Below are positions 25,980 to 38,299 of a stretch of DNA of 64,000 bases, piece by piece (position 1 is the stretch's first letter; the number at the start of each line of letters is the position of its first letter). This DNA comes from Dipteris shenzhenensis (Eukaryota). Position numbers and translations under genes: made by a program. Location of the stretch: NCBI GenBank assembly GCA_047967505.1, contig CM106538.1; one strand, 5' to 3'. The notes beneath the pieces are model-generated. The model was given only the letters and a program-made list of their open reading frames with translations. It was not told where the DNA came from and did not search any database.

Positions 25980-26255
25980 TAGAGATTGGTAAGGAAGGCT
26001 TATCCCTATACTATTGTTGATGACATTCTTTATAAATTAGGAAAAGACAAGGTGCTCCATCAATGCACCTTGTGAGAATCCTAGAAATGTGTCATGAATG
26101 CTTCGATCATTTTGCTTCAACGAGCATGACTAGGAGAATTCTTAATGCAGGTTACTTTTGGCCATGCCTCCATAAGGATGTATATGAATGGTGTCGAAGT
26201 TGTAAAGTATGCCAAAAGTTTGGAAGGCGATAGTTGATTCTTGGACCCTTGAAGC
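25980..26255 (+). mobile_element. Gypsy integrase zinc-binding region (5' half, split by Copia insertion)
   Basis: 'YTIVDDILYKLGKD', 'RRILNAGYFWPCLHKDVYEWCRSCKVCQK..GPLK'; continues at 33388. Confidence 0.8.
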
Positions 26256-26425
26256 TGAGAGTGCTCTCAATGGAAGCAGAACGGAAGAGGGAGAGAGAGA
26301 AACAGAGAGCCACACAACTTTTTGGTGGGTGCAAAATACCCTAATCTTCTTTTTCATTCATTTATATATGTGTTTGAGTATTGTACATAACTGGGGTAAA
26401 GGCACAGTGACCTTTAACCCCCACA
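26256..26425 (-). repeat. Copia 3' LTR (170 bp)
   Basis: Direct repeat of 33219-33387; adjoins the PPT. Confidence 0.95.
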
Positions 26426-27131
26426 ACCTCCCACTTAAAGGATAATGTGCCTTTTAAGGAAGAACAATCAGTGAGCATACTATCTACTGCCCATCAATGC
26501 ACGACAATACTCAAACCGCTGACTAGGTAGACTCTTCATCAGCATACCTACAGGGTTATCATCTGTATGAACCTTGACAAGCTCTATGCGCTTGTCCTCA
26601 AGTACCTCCCTGATGAAATGGTACCTGACCTCAATGTGTTTGGTCTTCGCATGAAAGACCAGATTCCGTGCTAGCTGAATAGCATTCATGGAATCACTAT
26701 GCAATGTCGGTACACCTGTATGAATCCCCAAATCTCCCTCTAGCCAATCAAACCATATAGCCTCCTTGCAACCCTATGTGGCTGCAACATACTCAGCCTC
26801 TGTGGTAGACAAAGCAATGCACTTCTGTGTGCGAGACATCCATGACACTGCACCACTTGCAAAGGTGAACACATAACCAGAAGTGGATCTCCTTCTATCT
26901 ACATGCCCTACATAGTCTAAATCTATGTACCCAAGTACACGCATGTCTCCTCTACCAAAGCAGATGCACATCTCCTTGGTACCCTTCATGTACCTCATGA
27001 TGCACTTAACTGCCTCCCAATGCCTCTTTCGTGGATTAGCCATATACCAGCTAACAACTCCCAATGCAAATGCAATGTCTGGTCTAGTAGCTGTCATAGC
27101 ATACATAAGACTCCCAACCGTTGAAACATTG

Positions 27132-27451
27132 CAATACTTTTGTAACATACTCCTTCTGTGAAAGCCAAAGGAGTTTCCTACTCCGATCACGCGTGATGCG
27201 CATACCAAGAATATGACCTGCAAGTCCCAAATCCTTCATATCAAAGGCCTCATGCAACTTGGCCTTTAATGCATCTAGCTCATAAGTATTCCAATACTTT
27301 TGTAACATACTCCTTCTGTGAAAGCCAAAGGAGTTTCCTACTCCGATCACGCGTGATGCACATACCAAGAATATGACCTGCAAGTCCCAAATCCTTCATA
27401 TCAAAGGCCTCATGCAACTTGGCCTTTAATGCATCTAGCTCATAAGTATTC
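27132..27451. repeat. Near-perfect 160 bp tandem duplication inside Copia RT
   Basis: 27132-27291 equals 27292-27451 with one mismatch (GCGC/GCAC). Confidence 0.95.
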
Positions 27452-29490
27452 TTGCTATCATACACATATAGTGCCACACTATTATCCTTAGTTCTTTTAG
27501 TGTAGAGGCAGTGATCAATTTCACTCCTTCTACAACCCTAGGACCGAATGAAAGCATCAAACTTCTGATACCATTCTCTAGGCACTTGCTTAAGACCACA
27601 GAGACTCTTCTTCAGCTTGCAAACTAAATGCTCTTTGCCCTTTTCTTCAAAGCCTTTCGGCTGCACCATGTAAATTTCCTCGTGCAGATCCCCATGCAAG
27701 AAAGCAGTCTTGACATCCATTTGCATAAGCTCCATATCCTCTGCTACCACTAGTCCAAGCATGTATCTAAGTGTGGTCATCTTCACAACCAGAGAGAATA
27801 TCTCATCAAAGTCCACACCCTTCTCTTGCTTGAACCCTTTAGCGACCAAATGGGCCATGTACCTAGGCACATCATCACCTGTGACCTTCATCTTGTAGAC
27901 CCATTTACATGGCAATGCTTTCTTTCCATCTGGCAAAGAAACCGAGTACCAATTCTTATTCTTCATAAGTGAACTCGTCTCTGATTGCATAGCATACTCC
28001 CACTTGCATTGATCCTAGCACATCATAGCCTCTCTGTAGCAAGAAGGCTCCCCGCAATCAATAAGCATCACATAGTCTACCCCTAGAACAAACCTATCAG
28101 GCGGTCTAGACACTCTAGATGATCTTCTCAAGGGCATTTCAGCTTGCTATCCCACTTGCATATCAGCCACATTTGGCTCATCATTTCCACCAATAGATGA
28201 TCCATCATCTACCCTTGATTGTATACCTGTGGGAGTACTTGGTGGTACCATTTCTTGCACATTTGGTGCATGGATAGCTTGCTGTCTATCAACATATGCA
28301 GGTGGATTCACGTCCTAGAAAGTGATCTTCTTTGCTTCTGGATCCCTGAGATGATAGCCCATCTCTCCACTTTCACCATAACCCAAAAAGATGCATTTCC
28401 TAAACTTAGGATCTAGCTTCTTTCGAAGCTCTTTTGGCACATGTGCATATGCCTCACACCCAAATGAGAGTAAAAGGGCTTCTTGCCACTCCATGCCTCT
28501 TTAGGAATACCACCATCCAAACTCTTAGTAGGTGATCTATTGATCACATGCATTGCATTCTTCATTGCCTCAGCCCAAAAAACCACCAGAAAGACTTGCA
28601 TTGGAAAGCATGCATTGCAACCTTTCTTGAATGGTACGGTTCATCTTTTTTGCAACTGGATTTTACTCTAGAGTACGAGGGGATGTGAGCTCCCTCTTAA
28701 TCCCACGTGTATCACAGAAATGCTGAAAGTCATGAGAGAGATACTCTCCACCATTGTCAGTCTGTAGGCATTTAAGCATTCTACCTAACTGATTCTCAAC
28801 CAAGGCCAACCATTTATGAAATACCTAGAACACATTACTCTTCCGAGCTATAGCATAAGCCCACACTTTCGTAGTTGCATCATCAATGAATGTCACATAG
28901 TATTCAGCCCTGCCTAATGACCATGTAGACATGGGACCACATACGTCTGAATGCACTAAATCAAGCTTTTCAAACTCTTTCTTTTCCCTTCTTTTATGGG
29001 CTGATTTAGTTTGCTTCCCATAGAGACAGTGCTCACAAAATTCAAAATTAGAGAAACTCAAATGCGGTACAGCATAAGAGTTTCGTCCCATTTTGGCTCA
29101 TATGGCCCAACCGGCAATGCCATAAAGAAGTGCTTGGCTGTTGGTTATTGCAACAACATGATCAAACACCCCTGATACATGTAAGGGATACAAAGTCCCA
29201 CACTTGGCACCCCTAGCCAAAAGCATAGAGCCCTTCTGAATTTTCCAACTCCCAGAACCAAAGATGGTCTAAAAACTAGCATCATCTAGTTGACTCGTTG
29301 AAATGAGACTCTTGGTCAGCTTAGGCACATGTCTCACATTTTTCAAAATAAATGCATACCCATTTGCAAAAGAAAACTTTATGTCACCTACTCCCACTAT
29401 GTCAAATGCAGAGTCATTTCCAAGATGCACACAACCTGTCTTTCCACTGTCATAAGTGGAGAACCATTCCCTATGGGGAGTAAGATTCCA

Positions 29491-30776
29491 CGAGGTAAGT
29501 CAAAACATCGAGCGACTGCGTTCGAGCAAGCCCAAAGTTCGAGCGACACTTATGAGGAACTTTGTCTAAACTTGTAGGAGCAATAAATTTTTAGTAAAAA
29601 TGGTTGAATCTACATGACACTATTACATATTGTTTTAAATTATTTTTTGTATGATTCTTGGCAACTTACAAAGAATAAACTTACTATTGGATAACTCATA
29701 AATCCATGCAAGTCAGCAATCATTCAATGAATACCAAAGGGAAAATTCTTAGCAACATACAAAGAGGAAACCTATTCTTTGATAAATAATAAATACATGC
29801 AAGTTAGCAATCATTCAATAGATACAAAAGAAAAAAATGTTGCAATGTCTACATCTCGAGGCGATCACTCAAAATCATGTAAGGTAGCACGCGAGTTGAA
29901 CAGGTTTCTTTATTTTATGGAGTTACATACATGGCAACAATAGTCCCACCGATGATATAGAAGCTCCTCCTAGCAAAATCTCTCATAAAAAACTATTTGT
30001 AGCTCATCAATTTTTATGCTACCGACATGATTTGATCCATTTTGTACACAAAATGATCACATGAATAGAATGTTTAAACTATGGAACTAATAAATTATTG
30101 ATCACCTTATGACCATGATGATGCTAACTAAATATGGATCACCTTCATATGTCCTTGACCATGTATACATCTCTAGGATGGAGGGAGGAAACCAAGGACC
30201 CAGACTCTATATGAGAAAAATCCATGGTCATAATTAAATATAGAGTTTGATAAGGTTCGACTCTCATGAAACAAAGATAAGTATAAACTTTATAAAGATC
30301 TAGGATTTCGACACTTTAACATGATAAATATATTCATTCATATCATTCCGATCATTTTGACTACAAACATGACCATATTTGGAGTCCAATTAAGTTATGG
30401 CCCAAATAAAATTGCAAGAGGAGCCTCCCAAGAGGCCGCGATATTGTGGCCTCTAGGGAGGCTCCTCCTCCCATTATTTTTTTGCCTTGAAAATGGAAAT
30501 TACACAAGAAAAACACATACTTTGTCCCCTTTCTTCCATCCCTCCTTCATTGACCCTTGAAAAACATTGCCAAACATTTTCAAAAATTGTTATTTATCTA
30601 TAAGACAATTGATTACTCACAATATCATGGGTAGGACAACAACTATAAAAGTAAGCAATGAATGCTACTTTTTGAACATAAAACATCACACTAGAATGTC
30701 AAAAGTTATGAAATTCCTCGTTCGAACCATCACCTCGCTCGAACACAGTCGCTCGAATTCTGGTAATCCTCCATCG
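29491..30776. mobile_element. ~1.3 kb AT-rich non-coding insertion with imperfect terminal inverted repeats, interrupting the Copia protease
   Basis: Splits 'WILDSSAS' (30780+) from 'NLTPHREWF' (<29490). 'TCGAGCGACTG(C/T)GTTCGAGC(A/G)AG' at ~29508 (+) and ~30734-30756 (-). Exact ends and TSD unclear. Confidence 0.7.
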
Positions 30777-33218
30777 GATGAAGCACTAGAATCCAAAATC
30801 CAATCCTGGGAATATGCATCATGTGAAGTGGTAAGCAACTCTACAGATAAACTAGACATGAAGAGAATGTCATTGTTACTATCATGTGTGACTGCATTGA
30901 TCTCCTCGATTTCACTTTTCCTCTGTCCTCCCTTAGACTCTCTTCCTTCTGATTTGCACCCCAATTTGCATTCTTTTTCTTATCCTTTTGCTCTCTTTTA
31001 AGCTTGTAGCAATCCTTTTTCATGTGGCCCTTCTTGCCACAATAGTGACACTCAATGTTCCATGCCTTGGACTTGCTATGGGACTTCCCTCTTTCTTGAA
31101 ACTTCCCCCTGGACTGTGATCTGCCCCTTTGTATATTTAAGGCTGCATCCTGATTATTGCCTTCCATTGACTTCCGTCTAATCTCCTCAGCCAACAAGCT
31201 ACCAACCACATCATCAAAGTTCAATACTCCACCAGGTGCAAAGTTACTGATAGCAGTACAGAAAGTATCCCATGAGGATGGTAATGAGCATAAGAGAAAT
31301 ATTGCCCTCATTTTCGCATCAAAATTCAGCTTTTGAGCTTGAAGCTAATTGAAAATGATATTAAATTCATTCAAGTGCAAAGCTATGGATACTACCTCCT
31401 TCATGTGTAGCTCAAACTATCTCTTCATGAGATAGACTTTGTTTGAGGCAATCTCTTTCTCATATGTAGCACACAGCTTTTTCCATAAAGCTTCCGCCTT
31501 CTTTTCAATGACTACTGTGAAATAAACTGTCTCCCCAAGATGGTCTAATGGTAGACTTTGCCAATGCATCCAACTCATTCCATTCATCTGTAGACATAGC
31601 TGCAGGCTTAGCTGCAATCCCTTGCAAGGGTTTTATCTGCTTCTTTTGAATAAGCACATCCCTTATCTGTTCATTCCACAAAGAAAAGTTTGTCCCATCA
31701 AACTTTTTAATGCTGAAAATCTCCTTTTCAAACATGGAAGAGGATGCTATGATGCAAATAAAGCAAAATCCCAAATGCTAGTGCCTACAAGAGAGAATCA
31801 CACCAAATACCAGGTGCACCCAAATGTGTATGCCACAATAGAGTGAAACATCACCAAAACTCAAAGCTCAAAGCATCAAAAGATACAGTTGACTTATGTG
31901 CATGTACTATGCATCCATATGAGTAAATCTGGCCCAAAAGAAAATGCCAACTGCAATGGCAATCCAAAATGCCAATAAGTGCCAAATGGCTCAAGCATAA
32001 ACACCGTCCATGGGCATATGCATCAATAATATCTCATCCAAGAGAGCATAACACTATCAGTGCATCACCTGCAATGTGTCAAATGGCTGTCCCTCACCAT
32101 AAAATAGCATCCATGTGCAACGCGTCCATAAAAAATAGCATCCCACAAGGCAATCTAGGCCTATCAGCGCATCCAATAAGGATCGCAATGCATCCAAATG
32201 GCCTATAAATCATCCACTGCAACACAATGCACACCACGAATGAGCGCACATGGCTCAAACTGCAACCAAAGTGATCTGCATAAGGTATGCTCAAGAAATC
32301 GTGGTCCCACAGCAATGAATGCTACTGAAAATAGAACTTGAGATGCCTCAAAACATGGGCACCATTGCATAATTGGACTCAACAAGACAATCTGCAAATA
32401 TCTCTCTTCTGCTGGAACTCCAAAATCCCAACCGATGAGTGAGAAATGGGAATCAACACTTATCCACTGCCATGTGGCATAAATCTAAGGTTTCAAAACC
32501 TTAGAATGAAAAATGCATAACAAAGAGACGAAATCAAATACATAGAGATCTATAACTCTAAAAATGCTCCATTGAATTGCACAAGAACTGATAGATAGGG
32601 TTTTTAGGCATCTGAAACGCAATGGGATAAATGGTTTTGGAAACCATGGTCCCAATCACTGGGTCCAACACACGGACTGAAAAACGTTTTTGGAAACTGA
32701 ACTATTTATAAACTCCACTAGAGTGCAAATGATGAGCAACATAGAAGTTTTAGGACCTCCTGAGTCCACAAAACTGATAGATCCGCAAATGGTTGCTCCA
32801 AACTTGAGTTCCAACACCCAGGCAGAAAAATGTTGAAACTGACACAGTGAATCAGAAATCCAACAAAATGATCCCAAATTCAAGAATGAAGGTGTTTCCA
32901 AGCTCCTGAAGTGAAATGGACACCAACAGCAGGCAATGGTTGCTTCTACAAGTCAATATGGAGTCTCTGTCGTCGAACGGAATAGGGAAAAGCTTTAAAA
33001 AAATGACTTTTTCTTTGAAAACACTTAACAAACTCTCAAAACCACTTCGCAAAACCAAAGTGACTTTTCCAAAGGTTCCTTCAAGGTCTTTGCACACTCG
33101 GATGCAAGTAAAATCACCCATAAAGCTTCCCACAGAGCTTCTCCTTCCTCTCACAGAGCTGCTGAGCTTCCAAGCATTCATGCACGCTCAGCTAGATCAC
33201 CCGGGCTCTGATACCAGT

Positions 33219-33387
33219 TGAGAGTGCTCTCAACGAAAGCAAAATGGAAGAGGGAGGGAGAGAAACAGAGAGCCACACAAGTTTTTGGTGGTTGCAGAAT
33301 ATCCTAATCTTCTTTTTCATTCATTTATATATGTGTTTGAGTATTGTACATAACCGAGGTAAAGGCACAGTGACTTTAACCCCCACA
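33219..33387 (-). repeat. Copia 5' LTR (169 bp)
   Basis: Direct repeat of 26256-26425; adjoins the tRNA-iMet PBS. Confidence 0.95.
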
Positions 33388-33938
33388 GAAGCCTATTCCA
33401 GCATATGGACCATTTGAGAGGTGGGGGTTGGACTTTGTGGGACCACTCCCTCACTCATCTTAGGGCAAGCATTATTTATTGGTGGCCACAAATTATGCGA
33501 CTCGGGGGGCAAAGGCCAAGGCCACAGTCAATAGCAAGCACACTTGCAAATTTTCTCTTTGATCAAATTTGTTCACGCTTTGGTTGTCCTTTGAAAATTC
33601 TCACTGATGGAGGAACCTCTTTTAGAAATGAACTAATTGAAGATGTCGTGCATAAGCTAAAGATAAATCATAGCATATCCATGCCATACTATCCCCAATG
33701 TAATGGCTTGGCTGAGAAAACAAATGGATTGTTGTGCAATTCAATGGGAAAGCTTGTAGACACCAAGAAAAGGCATTGGGATAGGCACTTGGTAGAAGTT
33801 TTATGGGCTTACAGAACCACACACAAGCTAGCTATTGGGTTTACACCATTCCAACTAGTGTATGGAATAGAAGCCATTTTGCCCACTGAATTGGAGATAC
33901 ATAGTCTTCGCACTGCTGTTGCAAGAAAAGAAGGATAG
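33388..33938 (+). mobile_element. Gypsy integrase core (3' half after Copia insertion), truncated
   Basis: 'PIPAYGPFERWGLDFVGPLP' resumes exactly after the TSD, then 'RFGCPLKILTDGGTSF..PYYPQCNGLAEKTN..WAYRTTHK..GFTPFQLVYGIEA'. Confidence 0.9.
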
Positions 33939-34310
33939 GAGGATGCCTGTAGCTCTAGTCTCCTCAAGCCTTTTCCATGAGCCTTCTCTCCCTCTTGTAG
34001 TAGATATTCTCTTATGTAGACTCTTGAGTCCATCTCTCTCTAGTTTATTCTCTCTCTATGAGTAGTCGTAAAGCTTCCGCTCCCTCTTGTACATATGAAA
34101 CCTCTTTTTCTCCCTTGTGTTTGTAGTATTTTGAGTTGCATTGGAGTGGAGCCTCACTCTATTGAAAAAGAAGATCACTTCGTATTCCCTCTCTTGAGTC
34201 TCTCTTCCCTTTTCTTTCTTTCAAAGCCTTAAAAGTTCTTTCTATTCGGCTGCTCATTGCACACACATGGTCCAGCATCCTGCTCAGGCAAAATTAGCAC
34301 GGGTGGAGGG

Positions 34311-34760
34311 CAGTTTTCATGACAGTTTGACCCCCTATTAGTGTTTTGCTCATAACTTTCCACTTGTTAGTCCGATTTTGATGAAACTTATATCAGCGCG
34401 AAGCTCTCTTCAAGTTGCATGTCTGTGTGTTATTAGACTTGAGTCAGATGCTACATCAAAAAGTTATGAGTCTCTGTGTCTGACAATCAGTTTTCATGAT
34501 AGTTTGACCCCCTGTTAGTGTTTTGCTCATAACTTTATGCTCGTTAGTCTGATTTTGATGAAACTTATATTAGCGCGAAGCTCTCTTCAAGGCTCATGTC
34601 TTTGTATGATTAGACCTTGAATTAGATACTACAGCAAAAAGTTATGAGTCTTTGTGTTTGACAGTTTGTTTTCATGACAGTTTTTACACCCGTCTAGTAA
34701 ACCGCCCATAACTTTCTAGCAGCTTCTTTATTTCTTTTGCAAAATGTATATCAGCACGAA
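34311..34760. repeat. ~178 bp tandem repeat (2.5 copies) within a possible LTR (33948-34850)
   Basis: 'CAGTTTTCATGA(C/T)AGTTTGACCCCCT' at 34311, 34488 and ~34667. Purine tract 'GAAGGATAGGAGG' followed by TGT at 33948 suggests a PPT-LTR junction; candidate CA end at 34850. Confidence 0.75.
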
Positions 34761-35329
34761 GCCCAAGGTGCATCTCTATATGTGTTTGAATCTTTGGAAG
34801 CAGTAGGAAGTGAAGAGGTGCGTGAAGTTTATTACCCCCTTCATGTCACAGGTACTCTCTAGAGGAACAAGTAGACAAAGACTAGAAATTAACATAGGAG
34901 AATTTCTTTGACTTTGGGGGAATATTAGACATGCAATATTGTCAATCATGCCATTCGATAAGTTAAAGGCTATTATTTATTACATTTCATGTCATACTTT
35001 AATTCAACTAATGGATGCTCCATTTTTTAAAAAGAAACATTTAATTCAATTTCTCCTTAGAGAAACCATCCAAAATTATCTTTATATTTGAGATGTCTTC
35101 AATATTGATCCAAGTCTCCAAATTTGACATGTCTTCAACATTCATATCTAAACTATGAGTTATTGCAGTCCCTTTGATGAATAAGCATGGAGTGAAATTG
35201 AAAATACACGCTATAAAAAACGAAACAAACCAAATAAAAATTTATTTAAAAGCAAGAATATTTAGTAAAAAGGTAACCTTGAAATATACAATATGCCCAA
35301 ATCATTTTGTGTTAGCACTAGATTTCAAT

Positions 35330-37190
35330 GACTTTCTCAAAGATGAAAGATAGCTTATTGAGGTAAACATGTCTTTTGGTAGTCTTTGCAAGAATGCATG
35401 CAAGGCCAAATGTATTCAAGTTTTTCACAAAATGCATCGAAATCTATCTATGAAGTTATCTACTTCAACATGAATGCATAGATATCTTTGACGCTTTTCT
35501 TATGAGCAATAGTGGTCAGTGAATTCTTGAGAGGAAGTAAGATTTGTGTTTTGCGCATGGGAATCCAAACCTATAGCATTTTCCTCTTCATCTGCATGCT
35601 TTTTTATGCTTTTGGATCTGCACCTCCTTGCGCAATAGCTCGAGTTGGGAGATGTCTATTGTAATGTATTTGTTGACAAAGTCTTCCATGATTTTGTTTG
35701 AAGACATTTCATGAATTGGAGCATCTCAAACCCAGAGCAATCCATGGTTGTGTTGGCTTCCTCTATTTTGAAACTTGGTGACAAAGAAGAAGTCATCATA
35801 CCCAGAATTTTGTTGTCATGCTTCAGCAAGGTTTTCATGGCTTAGAATTTGTGAATCTAGTACTATGCTATGGCAACAGGTTAGTACAAATGAGATGACA
35901 AATTTCAATGGAAGACTTGGGTGCTTGGGCAAGTTGGACAGTAATGGGTTCCATAACCTTTTGACAAAGACGAAGGAGGTGGGCATGCCTAGCTGTCTAA
36001 TCATTGCAAAGAGGTTCTTCTTTAGCCTTTGCTCATAGTCAGTGAAAGTGCATAGGCAAGTGTAGTCACAGTATCCTATTTTGGATTGCAAAAGTTTCTC
36101 AATGTTTGTATTAAGCAATGCATCCTTGACTTGGAGGGTCTTGTATCTTGCACACAAACCCAATTCAACGATAGCACTTGACAAGATATTCATTATTTTG
36201 AAGTATAGGTTTTCAATGGACATTGCAAACCATCTATCTTTGTTTGTTAGTTCCCATCTAGCTACCCTTGAGTCAGAGGTCCATGTAAGCATGTTGTAAA
36301 TGTGTGGGTGTGCATAAAACAGTGTTGAAAATGCCAACTCCTTACAAAATTTGTCCTTTGAATATGCCTAATGGTGAAAAACCTTATGATGGAGCAACAA
36401 CTATGGGTCTATCCTCAAATTCAACAACTTGTTGGCTTGTGTATACTCGATGTATCAACGTGTCCATTTCCAAGTTATCTTCCAGTGGTGTTGTTAAAAC
36501 CAAATTGTTTGTCAGGCTCATATTCTTGCTCTGATGCTTGTGATGTGATATGTGAGGCATCCAAAGAGGGTTTAACTCAATCTTGTTTTCTTTATAGAGA
36601 GGGCTGGCCAACAACTCATGTAGTGCACACAATGTGAAGGTTGGTGGTGCACCAAGCCGCTCATGTAATTATGGTTGTATTAAAGTCATCGTTGGATCAC
36701 AACCATGATAGTCACATCTTTTGTTGAAAGCCTTGGCAGTACATGTTACGCTTTGTCAACATAGGCAAACACATTGACAATTCTCCCCCACAACCCAAAT
36801 TGGCCTTCATATTTCAGCTCACAGATTTGGGCTAATGGGATCCTAATTGACACTAGGCGGGGCTTGGACAAGTTTTGGTTTTTATGTGTACTCGGTTTTT
36901 CTTGAAATGACTGATTTTTGGTGTATAGCATTGGTAGTTTGTTATTTTGTATTTGTTTGAAGCAAAGTGTACAGAGAGCTGGTTGCTTTGCTGATCCTAA
37001 AAGAGTTTGGTTGTTGGGTCTAATCTCTTTACCTTGGAGTACAATTTCAAATAGACACAATCTCTTTACCTTGGAGTACAATGTCAAATAGACACAACTG
37101 TGGTATGAAAATTTTGGGATACCTTCAACTTTCTTGGCATACGATCTTTGAGCCAAGTGTATCAGCCTTTTCCTTTTTTGAGGCTTTGAT
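35330..37190 (-). mobile_element. Second decayed DUF6570-type Helitron Rep fragment
   Basis: 'RLVSIRIPLAQICELKYEGQFGLWGRIVNV', 'ALHELLASPLYKEN', 'AFSTLF', 'KNLFAMIRQLGMPTSF', HUH motif 'TKFQNRGSQHNHGLLW' (~35731-35780), 'RFGF/PMRKTQILLPL' (~35530-35580). Confidence 0.85.
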
Positions 37191-37289
37191 GATTTAATTA
37201 TGGAAGAAGGTATCATGTCCTCACCAGATTGCCTTGTAGAGTCAATCGTGAGCAAGTTGAGATCAACAAACTCACTAGTTACAAAGTTT

Positions 37290-38080
37290 TTCTTCGTTCT
37301 ATATATTTCATTGGCAATGCTTGTAATGTTATATCTTCCATAACAAAAAGCTGATACCCCAAGTACTATCAAGTTCCTTTATGAAAATATAATCGTAAGG
37401 TATGGATGCCCCTTAGAAATAGTCTTTGATAGAGGCACACATTTCACCAATGGAGTGATCCAAGAACTTCATTCAAGATTCATATGACATTGAAAAAGTA
37501 CTACCTACTATCCCCAAGGCAATGGAAAAGGAGATTCCACCAACAAAATTCTATGCAATATTCTCACAAAGGTAGTGGATTCTCACAAAGGTAGTGGAAC
37601 CAAATGCTTTGATTGGGTTGAAAAATTAAACTCTGCCTAATGGCATACAAAACCACCTCTAAAGCTGCATTGGTTTTACCCTATTCCAACTAGTGTATGG
37701 TTTTGCAGGCAAAAGTTTGTTTGGAATTCACCATCCCCATGAGTGGCAATATAGCAATGTCTTGGCAATCAAGAATCCCTTGAAGTACGACTCTTCCAAA
37801 TTAAGAAGCAAATAGAAACCCAACTAAGAGCCTAACATGTTGTGCCAACAAAAAAAATATGACACCAAGGCATGGTTCAAAAGGAACCTCAAGAACAAGG
37901 AAAATAATTAAGGCAATATCATCCTGCTCTACATCACCAAAGTCCACCAAGGAAAATTAAAGTATCAAGGCCAAGGGCCATACGAAGTCAAGAAGATCAC
38001 CTGAATCGGCACCATGTGACAACGTGCAATTCAAATTATTGATGAACAACAATAGACTCAAGCGCTACTATGACAACTCA
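37290..38080 (+). mobile_element. Gypsy integrase remnant
   Basis: 'KFLYENIIVRYGCPLEIVFDRGTHFTN', 'STTYYPQGNG..STNKILCNILTK', 'FQLVYG', GPY-like 'QGPYEVKKI'. 19 bp tandem duplication at ~37560. Confidence 0.8.
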
Positions 38081-38299
38081 CAACTCATCCATAGCAACCT
38101 TGAAGATTTGGGGAACTAAATCTTCACTAGTTAGATATAGATTTTGCATGAGCACTCACTTGCATCTGTATGTGTAGACACCATAGGTACTTCAAACAAT
38201 TTGAACTTAATATAGGTACTAGCCATCCATGTTGAAAATCTCCAGCAATTAGCATATGCTTAACCCCTGACTAGCCGATAGGCTCAATGCATGTACTTG

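Larger units (their letters stand above)
26256..33387 (-). mobile_element. Full-length but decayed Ty1/Copia LTR retrotransposon, TSD GAAGC
   Basis: LTRs at 26256-26425 and 33219-33387 (TG..CA; ~11 substitutions + 1 indel by eye). TSD GAAGC at 26251-26255 and 33388-33392. PBS TGGTATCAGAGC (tRNA-iMet) at 33205-33216 (-); PPT ~26426-26438. Gag 'KFDGTNFSLW', CCHC 'CHYCGKKGHMKKDC', PR 'WILDS', INT 'LDLVHSDVCGP', RT 'QMDVKTAFLHGDL', RH 'TKHIEVRYHFIRE'. Confidence 0.97.
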
